Below, one piece after another: positions 1 to 12,198 of a stretch of 64,000 nucleotides of DNA. Source of the DNA: the human T2T-CHM13v2.0 reference genome, Homo sapiens; NCBI GenBank assembly GCA_009914755.4, contig CP086569.2:5408001-5472000 (forward strand). Reading direction: 5' to 3'. Position 1 is the stretch's first letter, and every line of letters starts with the position of its first letter. The translations under genes were made by a program, and so were the position numbers. The notes under the pieces are model-generated. The model was not told the DNA's origin. It did not search any database and was given only the letters and a program-made list of their open reading frames with translations.

Positions 1-690
1 TATAAGCTTGCCATTTCCAGAATGTTATATAATAGGAACCATACACGATGTAGACTGTTGATTATGGCTTCTTTCATTTAACAAAATTCATCTGAGATTC
101 ATCCATGTTGCTCTAAGAATCAATATGCTTCTTTTTATTGCTGAGTAGTATTTCAGTGTGTGGCTATGACACAGTTCATTCTTTTACCAGCTGAAAGACA
201 GTAAGGGTCATTTCTACCTTTTGGTGATTATTAATAATGATGTTTAACTTGCACATAAAAATTTCTACGATAACATACGTTTTCAAATATTTTGCATAAA
301 TATGCAGGACTGGAATTGCTGGGTTTTTTTTCTGTTTTTGTTTTTCAAGTGTATGTTTAGCTGTATAGGAAGTTGACAAACTGTTATCTAAATTCTCTGT
401 GCCATTCTGTGTCAGCAGCAGCATCAACTGAAGATTCTAGATGTTTGGAATACTTACCAGCACTTGGTATTTTTAGTTTGTTCTTTTAATCACTCAAATA
501 GAATGGTATCTCTTTGCATTTTAAATTTGTGTTTCTTTAATGTCTGACTGTGCTGAGCCTCTAATTATATGCTTATCTGACATATTCATGTCTTCTTTGA
601 TAGTCTATACAGATATTTGCCAGTTTTTTAATTGAGTTCTTCATTTTCTTATTGTTGTTTTTTAGTTTTTTAAATTTCAACTATTATTTT
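1..690 (-). mobile_element. LINE-1 fragment (older L1M-type), ORF2 C-terminal/3' region read in antisense. It is the left part of an element split by the nested L1 at 700-7040
   Basis: The + strand reads the reverse complement of L1 ORF2 C-terminus. For example 'ctttttattgctgagtagtatttc' at ~125-150 is antisense of the MEYYSAIKK codons. 'ccatttccagaatgttatataataggaaccatac' matches antisense of the L1M 3' region. The same family continues at 7040-8560. Confidence 0.75.
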
Positions 691-3600
691 TGATTCAGGG
701 GGTACATGTGCAGATTTGTTACCTGGGTATATTGGGTGACGCTGAGGTTTGGGGTATGAATAATCTCATCATATTCATAGTTGTTCAACGCTTTCTCCCC
801 TCTCTCCCTTCTAATACTCTTCAGTGTCTATTGTTGCTGTCTTTATTTCCATGAGTACCCAATGTTTAGCTTCCACTTATAAGGGAGAACATGCAATATT
901 TGGCTTTCTGTTGCTGTGTTAATTTGCTTAGGATAATGGCCTCCAGCTGCACCCATGTTGCTGCAAATAACATAGTTTGTTCTTTTAAAGACTGCATATA
1001 TCCTATGGTATATGCGTGCTATATATAAGAAATCCAGTCCACCACTGATGGTCACCTAGGTTGACTCCATGTCTTTGCTATTGTGAACAGTGCTGTGTCA
1101 ACATGCAAGTGCATGTGTCTTTTTGGTAGAACAATTTGTTTTCTTTTGGAGATAATACTCAGTAATGAGAGTTTCTGGGTTGAATGGTAATTCTGTTTTG
1201 TGTTCTTTGAGAAATCTTCAAAATGCTCTCCACAAAGGCTGAATTAATTTACATTCCCACCAATAGTGTATAAAAATTCTCTTTTCTCCTCAACTTTGTT
1301 AGCGTCTGTTGTTTTTTGGCTTTTTAATAATAGCTATTCTGACTGGTGTGAGATAGATTCTCATTGTGGTTTTGATTTGCATTTATCTGGTGAAGAATGA
1401 TGAGGAATTTTTTTTATATGTTTGTTGGCCCCTTGTATGTCTTCTTTTGAGAAGTGTCTGTTTATATTTTTTGCCCACTTTTGAATGGAGGCTTTTGTTT
1501 TTTGCTTGTTGTTTGTTTATATTCTCTACAGTCTAGATAGTAGACCTTTGCTGAATGTATACTTTGGGAACATTTTCTCCCATTCTATAGGTTGTCTGTT
1601 CACCTGGTTGATAGCTTATTTTGCTTTGCAGAAGCTCTTTAGTTTAATTAGGTCCCATTTGTCAATTTTTGTTTTTGTTGCAATTGCTTTTAAGGATTCA
1701 GTCATAAATTCTTTGCAAAGGCTAATGTCCAGAATGGTGTTTCGTATGGTTCCTTCTAGAATTCTTACAGTTATTGGTCTCACATTTAAATCTTTAATTC
1801 ATCTTAGGTTAATTTTTGTATATGGTGATAGGTAGGGGTCCAGTTTCATTCTTCTACATGTGGCTAGTCAACTGTCCCAGCACAATTTATTGAATAGAAA
1901 GTCCTTTCCCCACTGCTTAATTTTGTCAACTTTGTCAAATATTAGATGGCTGTAGGTGTGCAACTTTATTTCTGGGTTCTCTATTTCTGTTCCATTGGTC
2001 TATGTGTTTGCTTTTGCATCAGTCCCGTGCTCTTTTTGTTACTGTAGCCTTATAGTACAGTCTGAAATCAGATAATGTGATGCCTCCAGCTTTGTTCTTT
2101 TTGCTTAGGATTATTTTGGCTATTTGGCTTATTTTGTGGTTCCATATAAATTTTAGAACAGTTTTTTTTTTCAAATTCTGGAAAAATGACTTTGGTAGTT
2201 TGATAAGAAGAGTGTTGAATCTGTATTTTGCTTTGGATAGTATGGCCATTTTTATATTTATTCTTCTAATCCATGAGCATAGGATACTTTTTCATTTGTT
2301 TGTGTCATCTAATATTTCTTTTAGCAGTGTTTTGTAGTTCTTCTTGTACAAACAAGCCTCTTGCTGCCTTGGTTAGATTTATTCCTAGCTTTTTTTTTTG
2401 GCTATTGCAAATAAAATTCTATTCTTGATCCAGCACTCAGCTTTAATATATAGAAATTCTACTGATTTTTGCACATTGATTTTGTATGCTGAAACTTTGC
2501 TAAATCTTTTGTGTTCCAGGAGCCTTTCAATGTTCTTTAGGGTTTTCTACATATTGAATCCTACTGGCCATGAATCGACATAGGTTATCATCTTCTTTTC
2601 CTAATTAGATGCCTTTAGTTCTTTATCTTTCCTGATTTCTCTGTCTAGCACTTCCAGTACTGTGTTGAATAGGAGTACTGAAGATGGGCATCCTTGTCTT
2701 ATTCTAGCTTTCAAAAGAATGCTTCTAGTTTTTGCCTGTTTAGTATGATGTTGGCTGTGGGTTTGTCATAGATGACTCATTACTTTAAGGTGTGTTCCTT
2801 CAGTGACTAATATATGAAAGTTTTTATCATGAAGAGATGCTGGATTTTATCAAAAGCTATTTCTGTGTCTATTGAGATGATCACATTTTTTTTAAATTTA
2901 CTTCTGTTTATGCGGTGAATCACATTTATTGATTTGCATATGCTGTACCAATCTTGCATCCCAAGAATGAAACCTACTTGATCACAGTCTTCACGGTCAA
3001 TTAATTTTTTGAAGTGCTGTTGGATTCAGTTTCCTAGTATATTTTTTTTGACAATTTTTGTGTCTTTGTTAATCAGAGATATTGGCCTATAATTTTCATT
3101 TTTTGTTGTGTCTTTGCCAGGTTTTTGTATCAGGATGATGCTGGCCTCATAGAAGGAGTTAGAGAGGAGTCCCTAACTACTAGAATTTTTTTTTAATAGT
3201 TTCAGTAGCATTGGTAACATCTCTTTTTTGTATGTCTGGTACAATTTGGCTCTGAATCCATCTGGTCTGGGTTTTGTTTTTGGTTTGTTTGTTTGGTAGT
3301 GTTTAAAATTACTGATACAATCTCAAAACTCAGCATTGATCTGTTCACGGTTTCAATCTCTTCCTGATTCAATCTTGGGCGATTGTGTGCTTCCAGCAAT
3401 TTCTCAATTTCCTCTAAATTTTCTATTTTGTGTGCACAGAGGTGTTTATATTTTCTGAGGATCTTTTGAATTCCTGTGGGATCAGTTGCAATGCCACCTT
3501 TGTCTATTGTGACTGTGCTTATTTGGGTCATCTCCTGTTAATCTAGCTAGTAGCCTGTCAATCTTATTTATTTTTTTCAATAGTTTGTATGATTTCAATT

Positions 3601-4577
3601 TTTTTAATTTATTGAGACTATGCTTTATATATTCTGTATATACATGTATATTGGGTAGAGTATTCTGTGCATGTTTATTAGGTCCAACTGGTTAAGTGTC
3701 AAATTCAAGTCCAGAATTTCTTTGTTAGTTTTCTGTCTTGATGATCTGTCTAATGCTGTCAGTGGGATGTTGATATCCCCCAGTATTATTGTGTGGCTTT
3801 CTAAGTCTTTTTGTAGACCAAGAAAAACTTGTTTTATAAGAAGAAAACACTCCAATACTGGGTGCATATGTATGTGTATAGTTAAGTCTTCTTGTTGAAT
3901 TGAACACTTAACCATTATGTAATACCCTTCTTTTTGTTGTTATTGCTTTAAACTCTGTTTTATCTGATATAAGAATAGCAACCCCTGTTCTTGTGTTCTG
4001 TTTCCACTGTAGATCTTTCTCTAGATCTTTACTTTGAGTCTATGGATGTTTATGCATGTGTGTTGGGTCTGTTGAAGACAGCAGACTGATAGGGCTTTTT
4101 AATGCAGCTTGTTACTCCATATCTTTTAAATTGGACCTTCAGGCCATTTAAATTCAAGGTTAATATTGATATCTGAGGTTTTAATCCTATCATGAAGTTG
4201 TTAGCTGTTTGCTTTGTGTTTCCTATTTTGTGGTTGCTTTATAGGGTCTTTGGGCTATGTATTTAAGTTTGTTTTCCTGCTAGCTGCTATGATTTCTATG
4301 TTTAGAACTTCCTCAATAATCTCTTGTAAGGCTGGCCTGCTGGTAACAAAGTTTTTCAGGGCTTGCTTGTCTGTAAAATCGTTTGTTTCTCCTTTGCCTA
4401 TGGAACATAGTTTGGTGGGATATAAAATTCCTGGTTGGAATTTCTTGTTTTTAAGAATATTAAAAATTGGCCTCCAATTTCTGTTAGCTTTAAGGTTTCT
4501 GCTGAGAAGTTCACTGCTAGCCTGATGGGGTTCGTTTGTATGTGATCTGACGTTTTTCTCTAGTTGCCTTTAAGTTT

Positions 4578-4616
4578 TTTGTTGTTGTTGTTGTGTGTGT
4601 GTGTGTGTGTGTGTGT
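4578..4616. repeat. (TTG)n(TG)n compound microsatellite at the L1 ORF1/ORF2 junction
   Basis: 'ttgttgttgttgttgtgtgtgtgtgtgtgtgtgtgtg' seen directly. Confidence 0.9.
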
Positions 4617-5839
4617 TAAACCTGGACAGTCTTGTGACCATATGCTTTGGTGATACTCATTTTGTATTATATCTCTCAGATGTTCTCTGGATTTTTTGAA
4701 TCTGGATATCTGTCTCTCTAGCAAGATCAGAGAACATTTATTGAATTGTTACCTCAAATATTGTTTTCCAAGTTACCTACATTGTCCACTTCTTCCTCAG
4801 GGATGCCAGTAATTTGCAGGTTTCTTCGCTTTACATCATCTAATATTGCTCAAAAACATTGCTTATTTCTTAAAATTCTTTTCTTCTTTATTTTTATCTG
4901 GCTATGTTATTTCAAAATACTGGTCTTTAAGCTCTGAAATTATTTCTTCTTCTTGGTACAGTCTATTGATAAAGCTTTCAATTGTATTTTTTAAATTCCT
5001 TAAGTTAGTTTGTCAAATCCAGAAGTTCTGATTGCTTTCTTTCAAGATGTTTATCTCTTTCTTTATTTCCCGGATTGCTTTAGAAGTTATTTGTGTTCAT
5101 TTTCAGCTTGTCTTGGATCTCACTGAGCTTCCTTGAAATCCATGCTTTGAATTCTTTTTGTGATTTCTGCATTTACATTTTGGTTAAGGACCATTGGTGG
5201 AGGGGTACTGCAATTCTATGGTGATGTCACTGCATTCATATTTTTCATAGTGCTAGAATTATTGCATTGGTTTCTTCTCATCTGAGAATGTTGGCACTTC
5301 TAATTTTTGTAATTTTGTGTTAGGATATTTTCTTTTGTTTTTTATTTCAGTGTAACATTATTATTTTTTTTCTTTCCCTTTCCCTTTCCTCTCCTCCCTA
5401 CAGGGTGTGACTGTAGTGAATGCTGGGTATGGTCACTTGTCTTTGCTTCTGTAACCCTATGTAGTTTCGTTGACAGGTTTTATATTGATGTGTGTAGTTC
5501 AACCTACAAGCCAGTAGATGGTACTTATGGGTGAGAGCTGGCTGTACCCGATGTGGCTAGGTATATACATGATCCTTGTTTACTGGGAGAAGCTCTCTCT
5601 CATCTTAGGCAATGGGCTGATCTGTGGAGTGCACAGTTGTCTGAGCTCCTTGCTCTGTCCTATGTTAGGACAGGTCCAAGATTAGCATGGCCTGCCTAAA
5701 TGTCCCCTGATGTCAGGCACAAACACCAGCACTTAGCAAGGATCCAGTGGACAGCCACTAAACACCCAAAGGTGTGTCTAGGCATGGAGCTGGGAAACCT
5801 CCTCAGCCCCAAGTTCTCTGGACAGGGATTAGGGGAGGC

Positions 5840-6440
5840 CTAAATTCCTAATCCAGGTCAGAGAGCGAGTGCTCCACATGCCTGGAGATATGCCTGGGTG
5901 TGGAGCAGAGAGAGATGCCTGTTTGTGAAGCAGAGAGAACCACCCTTCACCAAGATCTCTGCATAGTAGGGGTGGGCAGCTCCAGGTTGCTGAACCAGGT
6001 GAGTGAGTGATCTGAATGTCTGAAGATCTGCCTGGGCATAAAATGTAGAGGGCTTGACTGCACCATGATCCATGGCCAACAAGGGGGGTGTTGCTCAGGC
6101 TACTAGTCCATGTGAGCAAGTACTCCAAATTCCTGGAGTTCTGTCTGCATGTGTTGTGATGAAAGCCCCACTGCACCACCATCTATGCACAGAAATAGGG
6201 GCAGGTAAAGCTGTTGATCCAGGTGAGGAAGTGCTTCAAACACCTGGAGATCTGTTTGGGTATTGAGTGCGAAGTGCCTGCTATACCACAATTTATGTCC
6301 ATGAAAAGTGGGGCAACTCAGATTGCTGATTCAAGCAAGTGGGCGCTCCAGATGCTTGGATTTCTGCATGGAGGTGGAACGGAGAGGGCCCTGCTATACC
6401 ACATCTCAAGGGGAGCATGCTGTGGCACCCATTAATGGCA
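5840..6440. repeat. About five tandem degenerate units of ~110-150 bp inside the 5'UTR region of the antisense L1
   Basis: Recurrent unit structure 'ccaggtgag...gctccacatgcctggagat...gcctgggtgtggagcagagag...caccatgatc', each restarting with 'ccaggt/ccatgt/caagc'. Units are ~60-70% identical to each other. Confidence 0.5.
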
Positions 6441-7039
6441 TACGCAAGTCAGTTTCAGGTTGCCAGCTGGCCTTGAATGAAAGTGTCATCATCCAGGAGA
6501 AAACACAGCTATAGCAGCTCTTCTCCTGCCCCAGGGCTTCAACAGGGGAGTGTACAATTCTGGTACCTACTGCTGTGGTGCTTTCTACAGTTCTGGCTAT
6601 GGAAGCCCCTACCCTGCTCCAGAGCAGGTGTTCCAATCTCTGGCCTGAGATTAAAATACCTGCATGGCCATACTGCTAGGTCTCAAAGGAATGGCTGATT
6701 TTGTATGTGCCTGGATTATAAATGGCATCCTGCTGTCAGTCCTTGGCCTGGGCAAATTTCTGTAGTTTTTCCTGGTGTTTTCCCCTCAGGTCTCCAAGCC
6801 TCTCCCCAGGTTAGCACCAGGACTTTAAAGAAACAAAATATTCTCCCTCCTCTTGGGTTGCTCAGATCCCCAGTAGAAAGGTGAGTCACAGAGGGAGGCT
6901 CTCTGTCTCTCTCATGTACTGGGGCTTCACTTACTTTTATCAACTGGATGCCATCACATGGACTGCTTTCCCATGTCCTCCCCGCTGGGGCCCCCTTCAC
7001 AATACTGGTGGATTCTCATTTTTCTTCTTGAATTAAAGC

Positions 7040-8560
7040 TCACAAAGTTGATCTTTATGCACTATCTTGCTATTTCCAAGTCACTGAGGCATGATAAAAG
7101 GATTTAATCAGTCATCTTGGAAAAAAAATCTATTGTTAGTTTACATCCTTTTTTAAATATATAACTCCCTTGTCAGAAATGTGATTTGCAAATATTTTTA
7201 CCCAGTCTGTAGCTTGCCTTTTCATTCATTCACATTGCCTTTTGCAAAGTAAATATTTTTAATTACAAATAAGCTCAACTTAGCATATTTTTAAAAATAA
7301 ATTGTGCTTTTGATGTTGTAGTTAAGAATGCTGCCTAACTGATAGTCACAAAGATTTTCTCCAATATTTTCTAATAGAAGTTGTATAGTTTTACATTTTA
7401 CATTTAGACTTTTGATTGATTCCAGGTTAATTATTTTATAAGATTAAAGATGTGGGTCAAGTTTTAATTTTCTGCTTATAACCTATAATCATTCTGTTGG
7501 CACTTGTTGAAAAGTCTATACTTTCACCATTGAATTCAGACCTTTGTTGAAAATCACTTTAGAATTTTGTGGATCTATTTCTGGACTGATTATTGTATTT
7601 TTATTAATCATTTTGTATTTATTATTTTGCTATTATTACATTGTAATGATTAGGTACGTGCTATAGTAAATCTTGAAATCAGATCATGTGAGTCCACAAA
7701 TAGGTTTTTTTTAATCAAAATTGGTTGGCTAATCTAATTCCTTTACCTTTCCCCATAAATTATAGCATCAGCTTGTTGATATCTGCAAAAACAGAAGATC
7801 CATCTAAGATTTCCTTTTTATTTAGATTATGTTGACTTTACGGATCAATTGTGGGACCACTGACATCATAACAATATTGAATATTCCAAGCTAAGAACAT
7901 GGTATATCTCTCCATTTAATTAGATTTTCTTTATTTTTTTCATCTTTTTTTTAATTTTAAGCACACAGATTCCACACACATTTTGTTACATGTATACCTA
8001 AATGTGTCTGTGAATAGATACAGTGTTGTTTATTTTCAATCTGTATGTCTTTCATTTCTTTTTCTTGCTTTATTTCATTGGCTAGAACTTACAATATTAT
8101 GTCAAATAGGAGTGGTGTCAACCTTACTGTTTCTGATTTTTGGGGAAAAGTATTCAATATTTAACCTTTGAATATCGTGTCAGCTGTTATCTTTGTGTAG
8201 GACCTGCATGTCAATTTGAAGATATTCCCCTGTTTCTAATTTGCTAAAATTGAATAGTTCTACTAATATAAATTTTGATCTAGTTGGTTGATTATGTTGC
8301 TCAAGTCTTCTATGCATTTACTGATTTTCTATTTTTTCCATCAAGTTCTAAGGAGTATTGTAGTCTCCAAGTATTACTGTGGATATGTCTATTTATCCTT
8401 TCATTTCTAGCTTATTTTGCTTATATTTTGAAGCTCTGTTGTAAGGTGCATACACACAGGATTGATACGTCTTCTTAGAGAATTGATCTTTTTATTGTCA
8501 TATAATGTATTTCTTTATACTGGATAGCATTTCTTGCTCTCAAGTAAACTTTATATAGAT
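7040..8560 (-). mobile_element. Continuation of the older L1M element of feature 1 (ORF2 RT/C-terminal region, antisense)
   Basis: Matches antisense L1M: 'gtgatttgcaaatatttttacccagtctgtagcttgcc' (cf. 'tgttttgcaaatattttctcccagtctgtggcttgtc'), 'ctgacatcataacaatattgaatattccaagctaagaacatggtatatctctccatttaatt', and 'attggctagaacttacaatattatgtcaaataggagtggtg' (cf. 'attagctagaacttccagtacaatgttgaaaaggagtggtg'). Confidence 0.7.
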
Positions 8561-9295
8561 ATAGTAACTCCATCTCTATTTCACTAAAATTTGTATAATA
8601 TTTTTATTGATGTTTGATATCTATTGACATTTGAAGACTATAGAGAAATTTCATAAAAAGAGTATTATAAACTATTATAGTTTACAGCTAAATACTTGGA
8701 TCTCTAGTTTATTATGTTCCTAACTTGTATTTTAAGATGATTCCAGCAAATAAAGAATACCGAAATCACTTATTTTTGAAATAATTATGACTATATTTTA
8801 TTCTTGAAACTAAGGCATATCTTAGAGTTCAATAAACTATACTTCCAAATTTATGTAATTTATTATTAGCTAACTATTTTTTAGCTATAATTAGTTCATT
8901 ATATATTCTTATAATTTGTTTTCCAATTAATTTCTCTTTTATGTCCTCTCTCAGTGCTAGTTAGAAGCCATATTTCAGCTGACTTGCATGTATAGATGAA
9001 TGATCATAGTTTCCTTGAGGGTCACAGATACAATAAAAAATACCTACATTTGGGATACTAGGCCAAAGGATCCCAATTATGATAATGAGACCTCATCCAC
9101 CCACTCCAAGTCATTTATACTTCCCTAAGAATTACTGACAAATTAAAAATACCAACTCTATAAATAATGGAAGTCTTTAATGCATTTGTATATAGGTTGT
9201 TACCTTTTTTGTCACAATGATATTTAAGTAGCTAATAAAAATATGCCTTTGAAATATAAATTTTATTATTTTTTTCCTCACCCCAACAACTGCAG

Positions 9296-9966
9296 AAATA
9301 ACTGTTCAACCAACTGTGGAAGAGGCCTCTGACAACTGCACTCAAGAATGTCTCATCTATGGCCATTCTGATGCCTGCTGGATGCCGGCATCTCTGGATC
9401 ATTCCAGCTCTTCACAAGCACAGGCCTCTGCTCTATGCCACAGCCCACCACTGTCACAGGCCTCTACTCAGCACCACAGCCCACCAGTGACACAGACCAT
9501 TGTTCTCTGCCACAGCCCTCCAGTGACACAGACCATCGCATTGTGCCACAGCCCACCACCGATACAGGTGTCTGCTCTCCACCACAGTCCTCCTCTAGTG
9601 CAGGGTACTGCACTTCACCACAGCCCACCATCAGCACAGGCCTCAGCCCTCTGCTACAGCCCTCCTTTAGCACAGGCTGCTGCAATCAGCCACAGCTCTT
9701 CTCTGCCACAGGTTATTGCCCTCCATCGTAGTCAGGCCCAATCATCAGTCAGTTTGCAGCAAGGTTGGGTGCAAGGTGCTAATGGACTATGCTCTGTTGA
9801 TCAGGGAGTGCAAGGTAGTGCAACATCTCAGTTTTACACCATGTCTGAAAGACTTCATCCCAGTGATGATTCAATTAAAGTCATTCCTTTGACAACCTTC
9901 GCTCCACGCCAACAGGCCAGACCGTCCAGAGGTGATTCCCCCATTATGGAAACACATCCCTTGTAA
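9296..9966 (+). CDS. Candidate terminal coding exon of an unidentified host gene. It would encode a ~223-aa Ser/Pro/His/Gln-rich C-terminal segment with eight tandem 12-aa HSPP-type repeats. Reading frame enters in phase 2 after a predicted splice acceptor.
   Basis: Polypyrimidine tract plus AG acceptor 'ttttattatttttttcctcaccccaacaactgcag|AAATAACTG' at 9261-9295. The frame is open from 9253 to the TAA stop at 9964-9966 (ORF track 9316..9966; its first codon is GTG, not ATG, so translation cannot start here). Downstream has 3'UTR-like AT-rich sequence with AATAAA signals. It does not match any repeat family I recognise. The protein has a low-complexity but structured repeat '...[99 protein letters not shown]...'. 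Confidence 0.4.
9428..9720 (+). repeat. Eight tandem copies of a 36-bp (12-codon) in-frame repeat (coding minisatellite) inside the candidate exon
   Basis: Units 'cacagcccaccactgtcacaggcctctactcagcac / cacagcccaccagtgacacagaccattgttctctgc / cacagccctccagtgacacagaccatcgcattgtgc / cacagcccaccaccgatacaggtgtctgctctccac / cacagtcctcctctagtgcagggtactgcacttcac / cacagcccaccatcagcacaggcctcagccctctgc / tacagccctcctttagcacaggctgctgcaatcagc / cacagctcttctctgccacaggttattgccctccat'. Confidence 0.8.
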
Positions 9967-10605
9967 AGCTAAAATAGTTACTTCAAATTTTCAGAAAAGA
10001 TGTATATAGTCAAAATTTAAGATACAATTCCAATGAGTATTCTGATTATCAGATTTGTAAATAACTATGTAAATAGAAACAGATACCAGAATAAATCTAC
10101 AGCTAGACCCTTAGTCAATAGTTAACCAAAAAATTGCAATTTGTTTAATTCAGAATGTGTATTTAAAAAGAAAAGGAATTTAACAATTTGCATCCCCTTG
10201 TACAGTAAGGCTTATCATGACAGAGCGTACTATTTCTGATGTACAGTATTTTTTGTTGTTTTTATCATCATGTGCAATATTACTGATTTGTTTCCATGCT
10301 GATTGTGTGGAACCAGTATGTAGCAAATGGAAAGCCTAGAAATATCTTATTTTCTAAGTTTACCTTTAGTTTACCTAAACTTTTGTTCAGATAATGTTAA
10401 AAGGTATACGTACTCTAGCCTTTTTTGGGGCTTTCTTTTTGATTTTTGTTTGTGGTTTTCAGTTTTTTTGTTGTTGTTAGTGAGTCTCCCTTCAAAATAC
10501 ACAGTAGGTAGTGTAAATACTGCTTGTTTGTGTCTCTCTGCTGTCATGTTTTCTACCTTATTCCAATACTATATTGTTGATAAAATTTGTATATACATTT
10601 TCAAT

Positions 10606-10611
10606 AAAGAA
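10606..10611 (+). terminator. Candidate polyadenylation signal (AATAAA) for the putative exon's 3'UTR. An alternative AATAAA lies at 10087-10092.
   Basis: 'ttttcaataaagaatatgtataaactgtacag' ~640 nt after the stop codon. The only other support is its position. Confidence 0.25.
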
Positions 10612-12147
10612 TATGTATAAACTGTACAGATCTAGATCTACAACCTATTTCTCTACTCTTTAGTAGAGTTCGAGACACAGAAGTGCAATAACTGCCCTAA
10701 TTAAGCAACTATTTGTTAAAAAGGGCCCCTTTTTACTTTAATAGTTTAGTGTAAAGTACATCAGAAATAAAACTGTATCTGACATTTTAAGCCTGTAGTC
10801 CATTATTACTTGGGTCTTTACTTCTGGGAATTTGTATGTAACAGCCTAGAAAATTAAAAGGAGGTGGATGCATCCAAAGCACGAGTCACTTAAAATATCG
10901 ACGGTAAACTACTATTTTGTAGAGAAACTCAGGAAGATTTAAATGTTGATTTGACAGCTCAATAGGCTGTTACCAAAGGGTGTTCAGTAAAAATAACAAA
11001 TACATGTAACTGTAGATAAAACCACATACTAAATCTATAAGACTAAGGGATTTTTGTTATTCTAGCTCAACTTACTGAAGAAAACCACTAATAACAACAA
11101 GAATATCAGGAAGGAACTTTTCAAGAAATGTAATTATAAATCTACATCAAACAGAATTTTAAGGAAAAATGCAGAGGGAGAAATAAGGCACATGACTGCT
11201 TCTTGCAGTCAAGAAGAAATACCAATAACACACACAGAACAAAAACCATCAAAATCTCATATATGAAATAAAATATATTCTTCTAAGCAAAGAAACAGTA
11301 CTATTCATAGAAAACATTAGTTTTCTCCTGTTGTCTGTTATTTCCTTCTTTTATCCTCTTAACTGGCCATTATCTTGTATGTGCACATTTTATAAATGTA
11401 CAGAAACATCACCAACTTGATTTTCTTCCATAGCAAAACTGAGAAAATACCTTGTTTCAGTATAACACTAAACCAAGAGACAATTGATGTTTAATGGGGG
11501 CGGTTGGGGTTGGGGGGGAGTCAATATCTCCTATTGATTAACTTAGACATAGATTTTGTAATGTATAACTTGATATTTAATTTATGATTAAACTGTAATT
11601 TTGTAACATAAACTGTGGTAATTGCATAATTTCATTGGTGAGGATTTCCTTTGAATATTGAGAAAGTTTCTTTTCATGTGCCCAGCAGGTTAAGTAGCGT
11701 TTTCAGAATATACATTATTCCCATCCATTGTAAAGTTCCTTAAGTCATATTTGACTGGGCGTGCAGAATAACTTCTTAACTATTAACTATCAGAGTTTGA
11801 TTAATAAAATTAATTAATTTTTTTTCTCCTTCGTGTTGTTAATGTTCCAAGGGATTTGGAGCATACTGGTTTTCCAGGTGCATGTGAATCCCGAAGGACT
11901 GATGATATTTGAATGTTTATTAAATTATTATCACACAAATGTGTTGATATTGTGGCTATTGTTGATGTTGAAAATTGTAAACTTGGGGAAGATTAAGAAA
12001 AGAACCAATAGTGACAAAAATCAGTGCTTCCAGTAGATTTTAGAACATTCTTTGCCTCAAAAAACCTGCAAAGATGATGTGAGATTTTTTCTTGTGTTTT
12101 AATTATTTTCACATTTTCTCTCTGCAAACCTTTAGTTTTCTGATGAT

Positions 12148-12198
12148 CTACACACACACATACACACACACACACACACACGTGCACACACACACATT
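12148..12198. repeat. (CA)n microsatellite, imperfect
   Basis: 'cacacacacatacacacacacacacacacacgtgcacacacacaca'. Confidence 0.9.

Larger units (their letters stand above)
700..7040 (-). mobile_element. Near full-length primate LINE-1 (L1PB / older-L1PA-like), antisense. 3' end at ~700; ORF2 remnant ~700-4560; inter-ORF junction ~4560-4620; ORF1 remnant ~4620-5600; 5'UTR ~5600-7040
   Basis: Reverse complement of the L1 3' terminus: 'gggggtacatgtgcagatttgttacc ... ccacttataagggagaacatgcaatatttggctttctg'. Minus-strand ORFs translate to L1 ORF2, e.g. 3202..3531(-) 'TDPTGIQKILRKYKHLCAHKIENLEEIEKLLEAHNRPRLNQEEIE' and 3625..3915(-) endonuclease region. Plus-strand ORF 1485..1835 is the familiar open antisense L1 frame '[24 protein letters not shown]'. 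ORF2 has stops and frameshifts throughout, so the element is inactive. Confidence 0.85.

Noticed and set aside
9428-9720. CRISPR-like reading of the eight regularly spaced repeats
   Set aside because: Units are directly contiguous (no spacers), only ~60-80% identical, and in-frame within a eukaryotic exon-like ORF. The genomic context is primate TE-rich DNA, so this is a coding minisatellite, not a CRISPR array.
9435-9731. Alternative-frame ORFs 9435..9731(+) 98 aa and 9464..9685(-) 73 aa overlapping the candidate exon
   Set aside because: They are open only because the 36-bp tandem repeat lacks stop codons in several frames. The frame that is continuous with the splice acceptor and extends to 9966 is the only one with gene-like context.
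11493-11520. G-run 'gggggcggttggggttgggggggag' as a possible G-quadruplex/regulatory element
   Set aside because: It is isolated, has no associated CpG island or promoter-like context, and sits in AT-rich unique sequence. Noted but no supportable function.
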